Shown: positions 50,267 through 61,004, counted from the stretch's first letter. The stretch: DNA of 64,000 nucleotides from Ignavibacteriota bacterium (GCA_963701295.1 OY969585.1:2432001-2496000), one strand, 5' to 3'. The notes: generated by a model from the letters alone, not told the origin. Program-made: numbers and translations.

Positions 50267-53251
50267 ATGAGGCATTTATTAATATTATTAGTATTGCTAT
50301 CTATTTATATAGCCAGATCACAAACTCTGTCACTTCAAAAAGCATACCTATCATTTCCGGCTACGGGACAGCCGTATTGTATTACACATACGGATCTTAA
50401 TCACGATGGAATCGAAGATATTATTTCTGGTAATGCAGGTGGTATAAATGTGTCCGTTTTCTATGGGAGCAGAACAGCTCCCTATTATCAATCTGCTCGA
50501 CCTTTTGGAGATTCGATAAATACCGTTAGTTGTATAACAACAGGGGATATTAATCAAGATGGTTGGCCGGATATTGTGTATGGAACATACAATCTTATTC
50601 AAGATACAGTAAGCAATAAAGTGATAATATTGCAATCGTCATCCGGTGGATTAAATTTTAATCAAACTCTAGAATTCTCGTTTACCGAAAAACCAAATGC
50701 AATTTCTATCTTTGATGTTAATGAAGATTCACTTAACGATATTGTTGTTGCTCATGGTCATACGATTTCAATCTATACAGCTTCAACTACTGCAGGGCAA
50801 TTTAATTCACCTATAAATATCATTTTAACATTATCTGATTCAGCTTCTTCAATCAAATATGCCGCTATACAACAAATGCGTGCTATTGACATGAATGGAG
50901 ATGGATACAAAGACTTAGTAGTTACCGATGGGTCTAGTTTGTATGTACTTACATTAATAAAAAGTTTCCCATATTTATCTTTGCATGCACAATTTAGTAT
51001 TCCCCTTCATCAGAATGAGACCGGTCAAGATTTTGCAGTAGGGGACATTAACAATGATGGAACTAATGATGTTGTTGTCCTTTGCCGGCAAATGTATGCC
51101 GATAGTGTAGCAGTGTTCTTTAATGATGGCAAGGGAATTCTTTCTTTCAATAAAAAATATGTCTTGGGTCCACCAAATACTGATCTCGGTGAAAATCATA
51201 TTGTTCTAGCGGATCTGAATAATGACAATCGCCTTGATATTGCAACATCTAATATGTTATACACAGGGCAAAAACCAATGATAAGTGTTATGTTACAAGA
51301 TCCCAATTCGTTTGGATTTCTGCCTAGCACTCAATATGTATTGGATGCAACAAGCATAGATTTAATCATAGTTGATGCAAATAACGACGGCAATAAAGAT
51401 ATTGTTACTGTAGATCCAGATAACGCAGATATAGCACTTGTGCTTGCCAATAAAACACCGGGTGACTATTCTTCCATTGAATATTTCAATGTCCCTTTTG
51501 TACCATTTGCCATTACTTCTGGAGACATAAATTGCGATGGATATCCAGATATTATTACAACTGGTTGGGGTGATACAACTGGTGATAACTATCTCTCTCT
51601 TATACTCTCAGCAAATCAATCCGATAAATTTGATTCACCAAAGAATTTGCTCCTATCGCATACTATGTATGATCCATCAGCACGAAAGATAGAAACTGCT
51701 GATATTAATAATGATAGTTTACTTGACGTTGTTATAAGCTACCTTCTTATTCCTGGAATTCTCACTCTTCCAGGATCTGGCACAGCTGATCTATTTAATT
51801 TAGGTAGTTACTGGCCAACATCAGGCCAAGCAAATGATGATTTTGGAATTTTCGATATCGATCAGAATGATACTACAGACATTATTGTGAATAATTCAAG
51901 AAACTTCGACATAGAATACTTAAAAGGAGAGGGTAGCGGTATTTTTGATTTACCCAAAACATTATTTAGTGATACTCTAAAATCTAAATTTACCATCTGT
52001 GATGTAAATCGAGATGGTAGATTGGATATAGTTGCCCTAGAAGGAGATAATCTCGTAAGTTATGTCAATAAAGGGAACGACATATTTGATAAAGTAATAA
52101 GTAAAAGCATAAACAAGACTGTTGTAGATATGATTGCGATTGATCTCAATGGAGACGGCAATCCAGATATTGTTATTGCATTTGGCGACAACTCACAGAC
52201 ACTCGTTGTCCAGTTAGCAAGTGATTCTCTGGGTCATTTTAGTCCTCCAATTTCATTAACGGTTCCAGGACACCAAGGGACCCATAATGTGGGAATTGCG
52301 GATATGAATGGAGATGGTCTTCTAGATATCGTTACTGAGACCTTTTCAGATATTTGTGTTTTCACTGCTCTTCCTGGAGGTGGATTTTCAAGTCCATTAT
52401 TATTTCCAACTGGTACAGGAGAATGGAAATTATGTATAGACGATTTTAATGGTGATCTAAAACCCGATGTTTGCATTTGTAATGGATTCTTGGTTAAATA
52501 TGTTAAGAACTTGACTCCTGGTACTCCATCTGGGGTGATAACAAAAGCTTATATTAATTCCCCGTCAATACAGACCCCTTTCTACTTTTCAACAGGCAAC
52601 ATAAATCGATTCGGTAAGGTTATATTAGACAATTATGATGGATCGACCATCGCTATCCGAACTCACTCGGCTGCACAACCGCCAAATGTTTCGACACAAA
52701 GTAAAGTAGTTAAACGTTATTATGAAATATCGACTAATGGAAAGATTTCATCCGGTCAAATCACATTACCGTATGAATTGAGTGAAGTATCCATCGTAGG
52801 GCTAAAACCTAAGGGATTGCATTTATTTCATTATATGAACGGCGTATGGCAACTTGAACAAAGCAAAGTCAACATTGCAAATCAAACTCTTACGGCATTA
52901 ACAATTAAACTAGATGGAATCTGGGTTATGTGTGATCCAAACGATCATCCAATAACAGAGGTATTTAATGGCAATACAAACCTACCATATAAATGTTCAC
53001 TGTTACAAAACTATCCTAACCCTTTTAATCCATCCACAACTTTTTCTTTTAGTCTTGCATCAAAATCTTTTGTGTCGCTGAAAGTATTTGATATGTTAGG
53101 AAGGGAAGTTGCAATCATTATCTCAGAAGATATGTCAGCAGGAAGTTACACGCGTGAATGGAACGCAACAAATATTTCAAGTGGTGTCTACTTTTATCGT
53201 TTGCAGGCAGGTCTATTCACAGAAACCAAGAAATTGATTTTATTACGTTAA
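50267..53251 (+). CDS. Cassette: FG-GAP/VCBS repeat protein with T9SS C-terminal domain
   Basis: Many D.N.DG..D repeats; QNYPNPFNP tail. Confidence 0.9.
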   Translation: MRHLLILLVLLSIYIARSQTLSLQKAYLSFPATGQPYCITHTDLNHDGIEDIISGNAGGINVSVFYGSRTAPYYQSARPFGDSINTVSCITTGDINQDGWPDIVYGTYNLIQDTVSNKVIILQSSSGGLNFNQTLEFSFTEKPNAISIFDVNEDSLNDIVVAHGHTISIYTASTTAGQFNSPINIILTLSDSASSIKYAAIQQMRAIDMNGDGYKDLVVTDGSSLYVLTLIKSFPYLSLHAQFSIPLHQNETGQDFAVGDINNDGTNDVVVLCRQMYADSVAVFFNDGKGILSFNKKYVLGPPNTDLGENHIVLADLNNDNRLDIATSNMLYTGQKPMISVMLQDPNSFGFLPSTQYVLDATSIDLIIVDANNDGNKDIVTVDPDNADIALVLANKTPGDYSSIEYFNVPFVPFAITSGDINCDGYPDIITTGWGDTTGDNYLSLILSANQSDKFDSPKNLLLSHTMYDPSARKIETADINNDSLLDVVISYLLIPGILTLPGSGTADLFNLGSYWPTSGQANDDFGIFDIDQNDTTDIIVNNSRNFDIEYLKGEGSGIFDLPKTLFSDTLKSKFTICDVNRDGRLDIVALEGDNLVSYVNKGNDIFDKVISKSINKTVVDMIAIDLNGDGNPDIVIAFGDNSQTLVVQLASDSLGHFSPPISLTVPGHQGTHNVGIADMNGDGLLDIVTETFSDICVFTALPGGGFSSPLLFPTGTGEWKLCIDDFNGDLKPDVCICNGFLVKYVKNLTPGTPSGVITKAYINSPSIQTPFYFSTGNINRFGKVILDNYDGSTIAIRTHSAAQPPNVSTQSKVVKRYYEISTNGKISSGQITLPYELSEVSIVGLKPKGLHLFHYMNGVWQLEQSKVNIANQTLTALTIKLDGIWVMCDPNDHPITEVFNGNTNLPYKCSLLQNYPNPFNPSTTFSFSLASKSFVSLKVFDMLGREVAIIISEDMSAGSYTREWNATNISSGVYFYRLQAGLFTETKKLILLR

Positions 53252-53261
53252 GGTAATTGCG

Positions 53262-53420
53262 CCCTAACCAGGCGCTCAAGCTGACGGAATAAGCGTGGTA
53301 CTATTTAACATTGCGTGCAAAGTTTTTGATGTTTAATAATTCATTTATCAGCGTGAACTCAGTTCGTTGGTCGCAATACGAAACTTATCAGCGCCGCAGC
53401 TTAGCGCCGGTCCGTTAGGC
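53262..53420 (+). repeat. attC 19
   Basis: CCCTAAC...GTTAGGC. Confidence 0.9.
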
Positions 53421-53432
53421 AGCGGGTAAAAG

Positions 53433-53801
53433 ATGAAACTCAACATCACAAATAGCACAGAAAGATTTGATAATACAAAATTCTCCAACGAGATAGTCGA
53501 TGGACAGAGTCTTCCGCTGTTCAGTACGTACACATGTCCGCGTTGTCATGAAAAGATTGGGTTCACGAAAGAAGATTTTGAAAAGAGGTCGATGCTAAAC
53601 TTCTCTAACCTTTCGTTGGATATTCAATCACAGTTCGGGAATTGGGCTGAGAAAAACGACATGAAACATCATCATTTTCTCGATTGGAGTTGTCCAAAGT
53701 GCTATCTCCCAGCGCGCGTGTACATACAACATTAGGCTGGGGGGAGACATGGTGATGCGGGAGTTAATTTGTTAAGTGTTCTAGAAATCACAGAGAAATA
53801 A
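53433..53801 (+). pseudogene. Cassette: Zn-binding hypothetical with in-frame TAG at 53733
   Basis: CPRC/CPKC; frame continues AGGRHGDAGVNLLSVLEITEK to a TAA abutting the attC. Confidence 0.6.
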
Positions 53802-53807
53802 CCCGCT

Positions 53808-53965
53808 GCCTAACCCGCGGCTCAAGCTGACCGGATGAGCGCACTGCAAAATTCATGGCGTGCAACGGTCTGGATGTAATTTGAAAGCAATCTACTTGGA
53901 ACTCGGTTCGTTTAGTACTATTTTGAAAATTATCAGTGCGGCAGCTTAGCCGCCATCCGTTATGT
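53808..53965 (+). repeat. attC 20
   Basis: GCCTAAC...GTTATGT. Confidence 0.9.
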
Positions 53966-54248
53966 TGCACAGGCAGCGCACACAGTATGTGTTACTTGCG
54001 GGGTTGGGTAATCGCGTTCTAACGGCTTTAAGTTTTAGTTACATTGTACAGATTTAGATTTTGGTTGCTTTCTATAAGTTACGTTGTCAACAAGTTTTGT
54101 TTTGTACGAGAATAAAAGCAGTGCAAGTTAAGTTCCTCAAAAGAATCTCGGCGATGCGCTGCCTGTGCTCAGAATAATTAAAGTTTTTTTGGTGTTAGCA
54201 AGTATTGTTTTGTTGAAAGTTTGTACAACAAAGAAACTATAACATAAC
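53959..54248. other. Gene-less cassette B' (duplicate of 46694-46983)
   Basis: Appears identical to B, including most of its attC. Confidence 0.8.
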
Positions 54249-54401
54249 CAGCAACTCAAGCTGACGGTTGGAACGTGGGATTTAAATTCATGGCGCTAAA
54301 CACACGTTATTATTATGGCGCGAATATAGACGTGTGGCTTGGTTCGTTGATTGCATGACTCGTAATTATCAACGCCGCAGCTTAGTTGCCATCCGTTAGG
54401 G
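54242..54401 (+). repeat. attC 21
   Basis: ACATAAC...GTTAGGG. Confidence 0.9.
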
Positions 54402-54477
54402 CGCACAAATTACGAGTGGCATAATTATACAAGTTGTGTTTTGTACATCTGCAAATAATTGATTTAATGGAGTCGAC

Positions 54478-55155
54478 GTGAAAATCAGTTCTGTCCGAAT
54501 TCTTGGTTCGTTAGGGATTGGAGGAGCATTGCTCATGTTCATTGGTGATATGTGTTTGTATGGACATCTCGGTAGCGGTGGTGATTTTTGGACGAATCTT
54601 CCTCTTGTTATTTCAAATGAATCCGATATTCAAATCATTGCCGGTGGATTTATTGGTCCGATTGCCGCCCTTCTGTACTGTCTTGGCTTCTTTTCTATAT
54701 ATAAAATGATTTCCCCGAAAAGCCCAATATTGGCCATCATCGTGGCGGGAGGTGCCGTTGCATCGATTGTCATCATGGGCGCATATCATGCCATGTGGGG
54801 CATTCGGGCCTTATTGATAAAAGTTGGCTTGCCTTCGGGCGATTTTCATGAATTGTATAACCAGATCAAGCAATATACGCTCCTTTTCTACGACGCTGCG
54901 GGTGTTGTTGGAGGAATAACTTCTCTGCTTTTGTTTTTTGCTGTCTTATCCAGAAAATCGCTCTACCCCAGATGGACAGCTGTTGTGAATCCTGGATTTC
55001 TTTTCCTTTTTAGCCCATTAGCGGGTCTCATTCCCGCTCCTCTCGGAGCAATTGTTTATGGTGGGTGTTTGAACCTTGTGTTTGTAGTCTTCTTTTCAGT
55101 AACGGTCTTTTCAACTCGATCAATTATCTATGCAGACCAGATGCACAGTGCATAA
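54478..55155 (+). CDS. Cassette: multi-pass membrane protein (DUF6796-like)
   Basis: About 6 TM; GD near N-terminus, YPRW...NP motif. Confidence 0.75.
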   Translation: MKISSVRILGSLGIGGALLMFIGDMCLYGHLGSGGDFWTNLPLVISNESDIQIIAGGFIGPIAALLYCLGFFSIYKMISPKSPILAIIVAGGAVASIVIMGAYHAMWGIRALLIKVGLPSGDFHELYNQIKQYTLLFYDAAGVVGGITSLLLFFAVLSRKSLYPRWTAVVNPGFLFLFSPLAGLIPAPLGAIVYGGCLNLVFVVFFSVTVFSTRSIIYADQMHSA

Positions 55156-55176
55156 CATACAAAACAACCATGTGCG

Positions 55177-55371
55177 CCCTAACCAGGCGCTCAAGCTGAC
55201 GGAATGAGCGTTGGTGCAAAATTCATGGCTAATGGTGGGTTTAAGCTTTTATTATTCAGTTTTTAGTGCCTATAACTTTGATACTTATTAATTTGGTTAT
55301 CAGCATGAACTTGTTTCGTTGGTTGCAATATGAAATTATCAGCGCCGCAGCTTAGCGCCGGTCCGTTAGGG
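55177..55371 (+). repeat. attC 22
   Basis: CCCTAAC...GTTAGG. Confidence 0.9.
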
Positions 55372-55457
55372 CGCAACAATATTTTATTATCAGTGCATTT
55401 GTAAACGATTAATATATTAATATAAATGAAGCAATCTAAATTTCTAAAGGAGTTGGT

Positions 55458-56117
55458 ATGCACATTCATCTTCCTAAGGGAAACCTTGGATCTCTCCGAG
55501 GCTTTCTACTGGAATTGTTCACGATAACCTGCGGCATCTTGATCGCTATTTCGCTCGAAAGTGCGGTGGAGTCGATTCACCATCACCACCTGCTGCGCGA
55601 GGCGCGTGACAACATCCGCTCTGAACTGCGAGACAACCTCCGGTCAATAGATAGTGCGACAAAAGAAATTCCTGGCGAACTTGAAATGCTACAGAAGGTG
55701 GTTGCTCTTTGCATGCAAGAACGATCCCATCGCGGATCGGTTGACCTTCGCAAAGTAAAAAACATCAATCTCGGTTTCACTAGTTTCACAATAAGCTCGA
55801 ATAGTTGGAGCACAGCGCAATCTATTGGAGCAGTCAGCCTTATGGACTATGAAGAGATCAAAAAATACACATCGGCCTATGAGACGCAAACTATGACTAC
55901 CTCCCTTGAGCAACAGACGCTGGAAAAGTGGCTACAGTTGCAGCGCATTGGGATCATCTTGGGCGATAAAACGAATCTAAAGGACTTCTCGAATGATGAT
56001 CTTGCCGATATCGAACGCACTGCCAGCGAAGCTTTCTCTTTTACGTCTACTTTGCAGCAATTCGGTCAATCGCTGACAAAGAAGTATAACCAAATTCTAA
56101 ATTCGTCACAGGAGTAA
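55458..56117 (+). CDS. Cassette: single-TM helical protein, paralog 1
   Basis: ELFTITCGILIAISLE membrane anchor; AAGGAG RBS. Confidence 0.8.
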   Translation: MHIHLPKGNLGSLRGFLLELFTITCGILIAISLESAVESIHHHHLLREARDNIRSELRDNLRSIDSATKEIPGELEMLQKVVALCMQERSHRGSVDLRKVKNINLGFTSFTISSNSWSTAQSIGAVSLMDYEEIKKYTSAYETQTMTTSLEQQTLEKWLQLQRIGIILGDKTNLKDFSNDDLADIERTASEAFSFTSTLQQFGQSLTKKYNQILNSSQE

Positions 56118-56154
56118 TATATTTTCCTGTTATGATAAAATTATCATTGTTGCG

Positions 56155-56309
56155 CCCTAACCAGGCACTCAAGCTGACGAAATGGGCGTGGGAGCAAATT
56201 ACATGGCGAATAAAGTTCTGGTGGAATAAGAAAGATCCTGCGTGAACTCAGTTCGTTGGGTGCATGTTGAAAGTTTTCGTTGTCGCAGCTTAGCGCCAGT
56301 CCGTTAGGC
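56155..56309 (+). repeat. attC 23
   Basis: CCCTAAC...GTTAGGC. Confidence 0.9.
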
Positions 56310-56338
56310 CGCAACATCACTAATCTAGAACATATAAT

Positions 56339-58459
56339 ATGAAAAAAACATCCCTTTTTCTTTTGTTGTTATTTAATATTTCTTTTCTGAATTCTAAAAA
56401 TTTTATGTGGAAGCAAACAAACGGGCCACAAGGTGGATCCATTGCAACAATTTGTTTTGTTGATAGCATTGTTTTTGTCGGAGGAGTAGGTGGTGTATTT
56501 AAAAGTACTATCGATGGGGATTATTGGAAATTTATGGGACTTCCTAATGTTGAAGTTAAAAAAATTGTTGTCAGTGGAAATATATTGTTTGCCGGAACAG
56601 CACGTAATGGAGTTTATTTTAGTAAAGATTATGGAACGAGTTGGGAAGAAAACAAAAATAGTTCTTCAGATTTTGGTAATATTGTTGATATGGCAGTAAA
56701 GGATACCTTTATTTTTGTTGCCACTAATGGATATGGAATATTCAGAAGGTCATTGTCTGATTCAAATTGGTCGGCTGTAAATACCGGCATTGATAACTTA
56801 AATTTCAAGACAATCATTGTAAGTAACGATGTTATTATCGCTTCTGCAGCAGGTGCGTCTGGTTCGGGTATGTTTCGAAGCACCAATAACGGTGAACAAT
56901 GGAAAAGAGTCGATCCTAATCCATATGCATGGATGGCGGACGCAATCTGTAAATACAATGATACGCTCTATGCTGCGAGGTTTTCAAACCAGGCGAAAGT
57001 TTACATCAGCATTGACGATGGTCTAACCTGGTTACTTCCTTCGGCAGCGTCTCCACCCAATGACATTATTACAAATTTATATGCGGATAAATCTGGACTT
57101 TACGCAGGTATATACAACAACGGGGTCTATCGCTCTACAAACGGAGGAATAAGTTGGGCAAATTTAAATACTGGTCTCTATAATTTATCACCGACTCAAT
57201 TAAATGGTAAGGACGGACTCATTTATTATGGATCTTATGATGGTATCAAAATCTCATCAGACTATGGTACAACATGGCAAACCAAAAATTTTGAACTAAA
57301 CAATAGTTCAGTATCGTGTATTAATTCGATTGGGCAATACACGTTTGCTGGTACTAATGGTGCTGGATTGTTTTATACTTCTGATCTTGGCGCGTCCTGG
57401 AAACAAACAATTAATTCCAATGTTTTTCCATTTGTAAAGAATATTATAAATGTCAATGATACGATCTTTTTAGTCTCAAGCGATTGGACATATGATTGCA
57501 AAGTCATCATGAGTAGTGATAGTGGGTCTTCATGGGTTCAACGTAATAACGGTATTGACGGAGGTGAAATTACTTCTATTGCTTGGTCTAAAGGGTTTTT
57601 ATACGCAAGCACATCATATGGACTTTTTAAGAGTAGCAATAGAGGATTACAATGGACGTTATTGACAAATGGATTGCCAAATAATGGACGGCCAAACGTA
57701 TCAAGTGTTGCTGCGATGGACTCTTTTGTAGTAGCAGCAAATGGAGAAAATCAAATTTATCGAAGCATTGATGCAGGAGAGCACTGGACTGCGGTTTCTG
57801 TACCAGATCAGCTTACTCCTCCGATCATAAAGGTTTCTGTAGTGGATACAGTTATCTATGCTGGTTGTTCAGAAGTGAATGTGGTATTTAATAGTTATGA
57901 TAAAGGCGCAACATGGAGGCCATTTAATATTCCATACTTCAACGGAAATGTTGAAGATATTACTGGAAATAAGGATTCTTTATTTATTGCAGTAACTTAT
58001 TCTGGAATCATAGCACAGTGTGGCAATGTTGGTGCAAAATTAATTAGTTCAGATATCATGAATCCTGATATCAGAAGTGTTTACTACTCAAATGGAAGAC
58101 TTTGGGTAGGTACCTGGGGATCTGGAATTTTTAGAAATATCGATTCCTCTGAAGTCACGTATAGTCCTTCAACAAGCGATCCAACAAATTTTCCTAAATC
58201 GATTGTACTCAAACAAAATTATCCCAACCCTTTTAATCCATCAACAACGATATCATTTTCATTACCTGCGAAAGCAGTTGTATCGTTGAAAATATATGAC
58301 ATAATAGGAAGAGATATAGAAACACTTGTTTTCAAAGAATTGTCTGCTGGGATTCATTCAGTACAATGGAACGCCAAGAGATTGACAAGTGGAATTTACT
58401 TCTATCGCTTACAAACTGCTTCATTTGTTCAGACAAAGAAGTTGTTATTATTAAAATAA
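56339..58459 (+). CDS. Cassette: BNR/Asp-box beta-propeller protein with T9SS C-terminal domain
   Basis: Repeated S.D.G.(T/S)W motifs; QNYPNPFNP tail. Confidence 0.9.
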   Translation: MKKTSLFLLLLFNISFLNSKNFMWKQTNGPQGGSIATICFVDSIVFVGGVGGVFKSTIDGDYWKFMGLPNVEVKKIVVSGNILFAGTARNGVYFSKDYGTSWEENKNSSSDFGNIVDMAVKDTFIFVATNGYGIFRRSLSDSNWSAVNTGIDNLNFKTIIVSNDVIIASAAGASGSGMFRSTNNGEQWKRVDPNPYAWMADAICKYNDTLYAARFSNQAKVYISIDDGLTWLLPSAASPPNDIITNLYADKSGLYAGIYNNGVYRSTNGGISWANLNTGLYNLSPTQLNGKDGLIYYGSYDGIKISSDYGTTWQTKNFELNNSSVSCINSIGQYTFAGTNGAGLFYTSDLGASWKQTINSNVFPFVKNIINVNDTIFLVSSDWTYDCKVIMSSDSGSSWVQRNNGIDGGEITSIAWSKGFLYASTSYGLFKSSNRGLQWTLLTNGLPNNGRPNVSSVAAMDSFVVAANGENQIYRSIDAGEHWTAVSVPDQLTPPIIKVSVVDTVIYAGCSEVNVVFNSYDKGATWRPFNIPYFNGNVEDITGNKDSLFIAVTYSGIIAQCGNVGAKLISSDIMNPDIRSVYYSNGRLWVGTWGSGIFRNIDSSEVTYSPSTSDPTNFPKSIVLKQNYPNPFNPSTTISFSLPAKAVVSLKIYDIIGRDIETLVFKELSAGIHSVQWNAKRLTSGIYFYRLQTASFVQTKKLLLLK

Positions 58460-58466
58460 AGTTGCG

Positions 58467-58624
58467 CCCTAACAAGGCGCTCAAGCTGACGGTTGCCAGC
58501 TGGGTGCAATTTACATGGCGAGCATAGGTTTAGTTCTTAATAATTTAATTATCAGCGTGAACTCAATTCGTTGGGTGCAGGTTGAAAGTTGGTCACGCCG
58601 CAGCTTAGCGCCATACCGTTAGGG
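58467..58624 (+). repeat. attC 24
   Basis: CCCTAAC...GTTAGGG. Confidence 0.9.
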
Positions 58625-58703
58625 CGCAACAAAAATTTCTTTTTCGGTGCATTTTTACACCATTTATGTAAATGAAGTAATCTAGATTTCAAAAGGAGTC
58701 GAC

Positions 58704-59363
58704 ATGCACATTCATCTTCCTAAGGGAAACCTTGAATCTATCCGAGGTTTTCTTCTTGAATTGTTCACGATAACCTGTGGTATCTTGATCGCTATTTCGC
58801 TCGAAAGTGCGGTGGAGTCGATTCACCATCACCACCTGTTGCGCGAGGCACGTAGCAACATACTATCTGAAATGCGAGACAACCACCGGATAATAGATAG
58901 TACAACAAAGAAAATTCCTGATGAACTTGAAATGTTGCAGAAGGTGGTTTCTCTTTGTATGCAGGAAAGAGCCCATCGCGGTTCGGTTGACCTTCGCAAA
59001 GTAAAAAACCTCAATCTCGGTTTCACTGGTTTCTCAATAAGTTCCAATAATTGGAGCACTGCACAATCGATTGGAGCGGTCAATCTCATGAACTATGAAG
59101 AGATCAAGAAATATACATCAGTCTATGAAATCCAAACTTTGGCTACCTCCCTTCATCAACAGACACTGGATAAGTGGCTACAGTTGCAACGCATTCTGAT
59201 TCTCTTGGCCGGAAAAACAAATCTAAAGGATTTCTCGGATAATGATCTGGCTGAGGTTGAACGCACTGCCAGCGAGGCTTACTCTTTTACGTCTACTTTG
59301 CAGCAAGCCGGTCAATCGCTTACAAAGAAGTATGGCCAAATTCTAATTTCGTTACAGGAGTAA
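58704..59363 (+). CDS. Cassette: single-TM helical protein, paralog 2
   Basis: Same length as, and highly similar to, 55458-56117. Confidence 0.8.
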   Translation: MHIHLPKGNLESIRGFLLELFTITCGILIAISLESAVESIHHHHLLREARSNILSEMRDNHRIIDSTTKKIPDELEMLQKVVSLCMQERAHRGSVDLRKVKNLNLGFTGFSISSNNWSTAQSIGAVNLMNYEEIKKYTSVYEIQTLATSLHQQTLDKWLQLQRILILLAGKTNLKDFSDNDLAEVERTASEAYSFTSTLQQAGQSLTKKYGQILISLQE

Positions 59364-59401
59364 TTCATTCTCTTATTAAAGTAAAATTATCATTTGTTGC
59401 G

Positions 59402-59560
59402 CCCTAACCAACGCATCAAGCTGACGGCTAAAGCGTAGGTGCAATTTACATTGCGCATAAAGTATTTGTGTTTAATAATTCGGTTGGTCGCGTGAACCTG
59501 TTTCCTTGGGTGCACAACGAAACTTGGGCACGCCGCAGCTTATGTGCCGATCCGTTAGGC
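59402..59560 (+). repeat. attC 25
   Basis: CCCTAAC...GTTAGGC. Confidence 0.9.
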
Positions 59561-59578
59561 GGCGGAGGGAAAAACAAA

Positions 59579-60427
59579 ATGCGTATAATAACATTTGGTT
59601 CTATTCTTTCTATCTTTATCCTCACGTCCACTCTAGACGCACAAACAAATTTTGTCTTTCCATTTGATACCACTGACAGATGGGAATATGATATAAAATC
59701 TATGTTCGATTCTCCCTATCAAAGTGCTGGTCATACTACAATCCGTTTCCGCAAAGATACCCTCATGCCTAATGGTAAAACATACAGGACTTTTGCAGAT
59801 GATCGGAGTCCTTTTTTCTTTTTACGTAAAGATAGTCTGAAGATTTTCCAATACAGTGGATCGGATTCCAGCGAATTTGTTCGATATGACTTTTCGAAGA
59901 GGGCAGGCGATACCGTTCAGAAGTTGACACAATATTCGTCAATTGTTCTTAGTGCCGATCAACTGATTTCCGTTTTTGGCACTTTGCGAAGGACAATGAG
60001 CTTTCAAGGAAGCTTCGTAGATGATGATGTTGTTGATACCATAGGTATCTTATCTTTTACTCCGCAGGCAACTGATATTTGGTATCAGCTTACAGGTGCT
60101 TATGTAAATGGTCGCACCTTTGGTGTTTTAACTTCTGTTTTAAATAAAACCGATGAGATAACTAAAGCAATGTTCCTTCAACAGAATTATCCTAATCCAT
60201 TTAATCCATCGACTACACTTTCCTTTGAACTTCCTTTTCAAACAAGAGTATCTTTGACAATCTACGATTTGATGGGGAAGACGATTATCGTTTTACTCAA
60301 TAAAGAGTTAAAACCAGGTATTCATTCTGTAGCTTGGAATGCTTCGAGATATAGCAGTGGTGTGTATTTTTATATTCTTCAAGGGAAAGGTTTTCGAATT
60401 ACAAAACAAATGTTATTAATAAAATAG
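59579..60427 (+). CDS. Cassette: secreted protein with T9SS C-terminal domain
   Basis: Likely start MRIITF after GGAGG; QNYPNPFNP tail. Confidence 0.85.
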   Translation: MRIITFGSILSIFILTSTLDAQTNFVFPFDTTDRWEYDIKSMFDSPYQSAGHTTIRFRKDTLMPNGKTYRTFADDRSPFFFLRKDSLKIFQYSGSDSSEFVRYDFSKRAGDTVQKLTQYSSIVLSADQLISVFGTLRRTMSFQGSFVDDDVVDTIGILSFTPQATDIWYQLTGAYVNGRTFGVLTSVLNKTDEITKAMFLQQNYPNPFNPSTTLSFELPFQTRVSLTIYDLMGKTIIVLLNKELKPGIHSVAWNASRYSSGVYFYILQGKGFRITKQMLLIK

Positions 60428-60435
60428 CATCCGCT

Positions 60436-60459
60436 GCCTAACCAGGTGCTCAAGCTGAC
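60436..60459 (+). repeat. attC 26, truncated (left arm only)
   Basis: GCCTAACCAGGTGCTCAAGCTGAC followed by unrelated DNA. Confidence 0.85.
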
Positions 60460-60708
60460 ATTTTCAAAATCATAGAGGGACACATCACGCGTATAGACCA
60501 CAGGTGATTTTGTCATCTCATCAGATGCCTTAAGGGTCGTGACGGGATGGCGAAAGGGTCAAGATGGATCACTGGAAGGTCTCCGAAGGGTCAAAATAAG
60601 TCGTCAACAGGTCACAAATATATAACAAAAGTATAACAAAAGGATGACAATATAGTCACGCCGTAAATTCTTTGTTTTATAGTAGTTGAATCAATTGAGT
60701 CCTCGATT

Positions 60709-60853
60709 GAGCTTGCCAAAATGAAAATTGATTCGAAATCAGACGTGCAAATTCAAAATTATCTCAAGGTCAAACGTGCAAATTGAAAATTAGCACGAAG
60801 TCGGGTGTGCAAATTCAATATCTATCCCAAGTCAGCACTGCAAATTTGATTTT
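60709..60853. repeat. Degenerate 31-bp tandem repeat (about 4.7 units)
   Basis: TGCAAATT(C/G)AA core recurring every 31 bp. Confidence 0.75.
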
Positions 60854-61004
60854 CCATCATCATTCGTTACATTATCAAAATAATTCGTAACCAAACTGCA
60901 CACATTTAGAAAGAAATTCAATCAAGAGAGATAAATAGTGGAGGAAGTGTGTAAGAAGTTAGTAACCAAAAATGTTCTATCACAAACCCATAGGAGAAAT
61001 ACAC

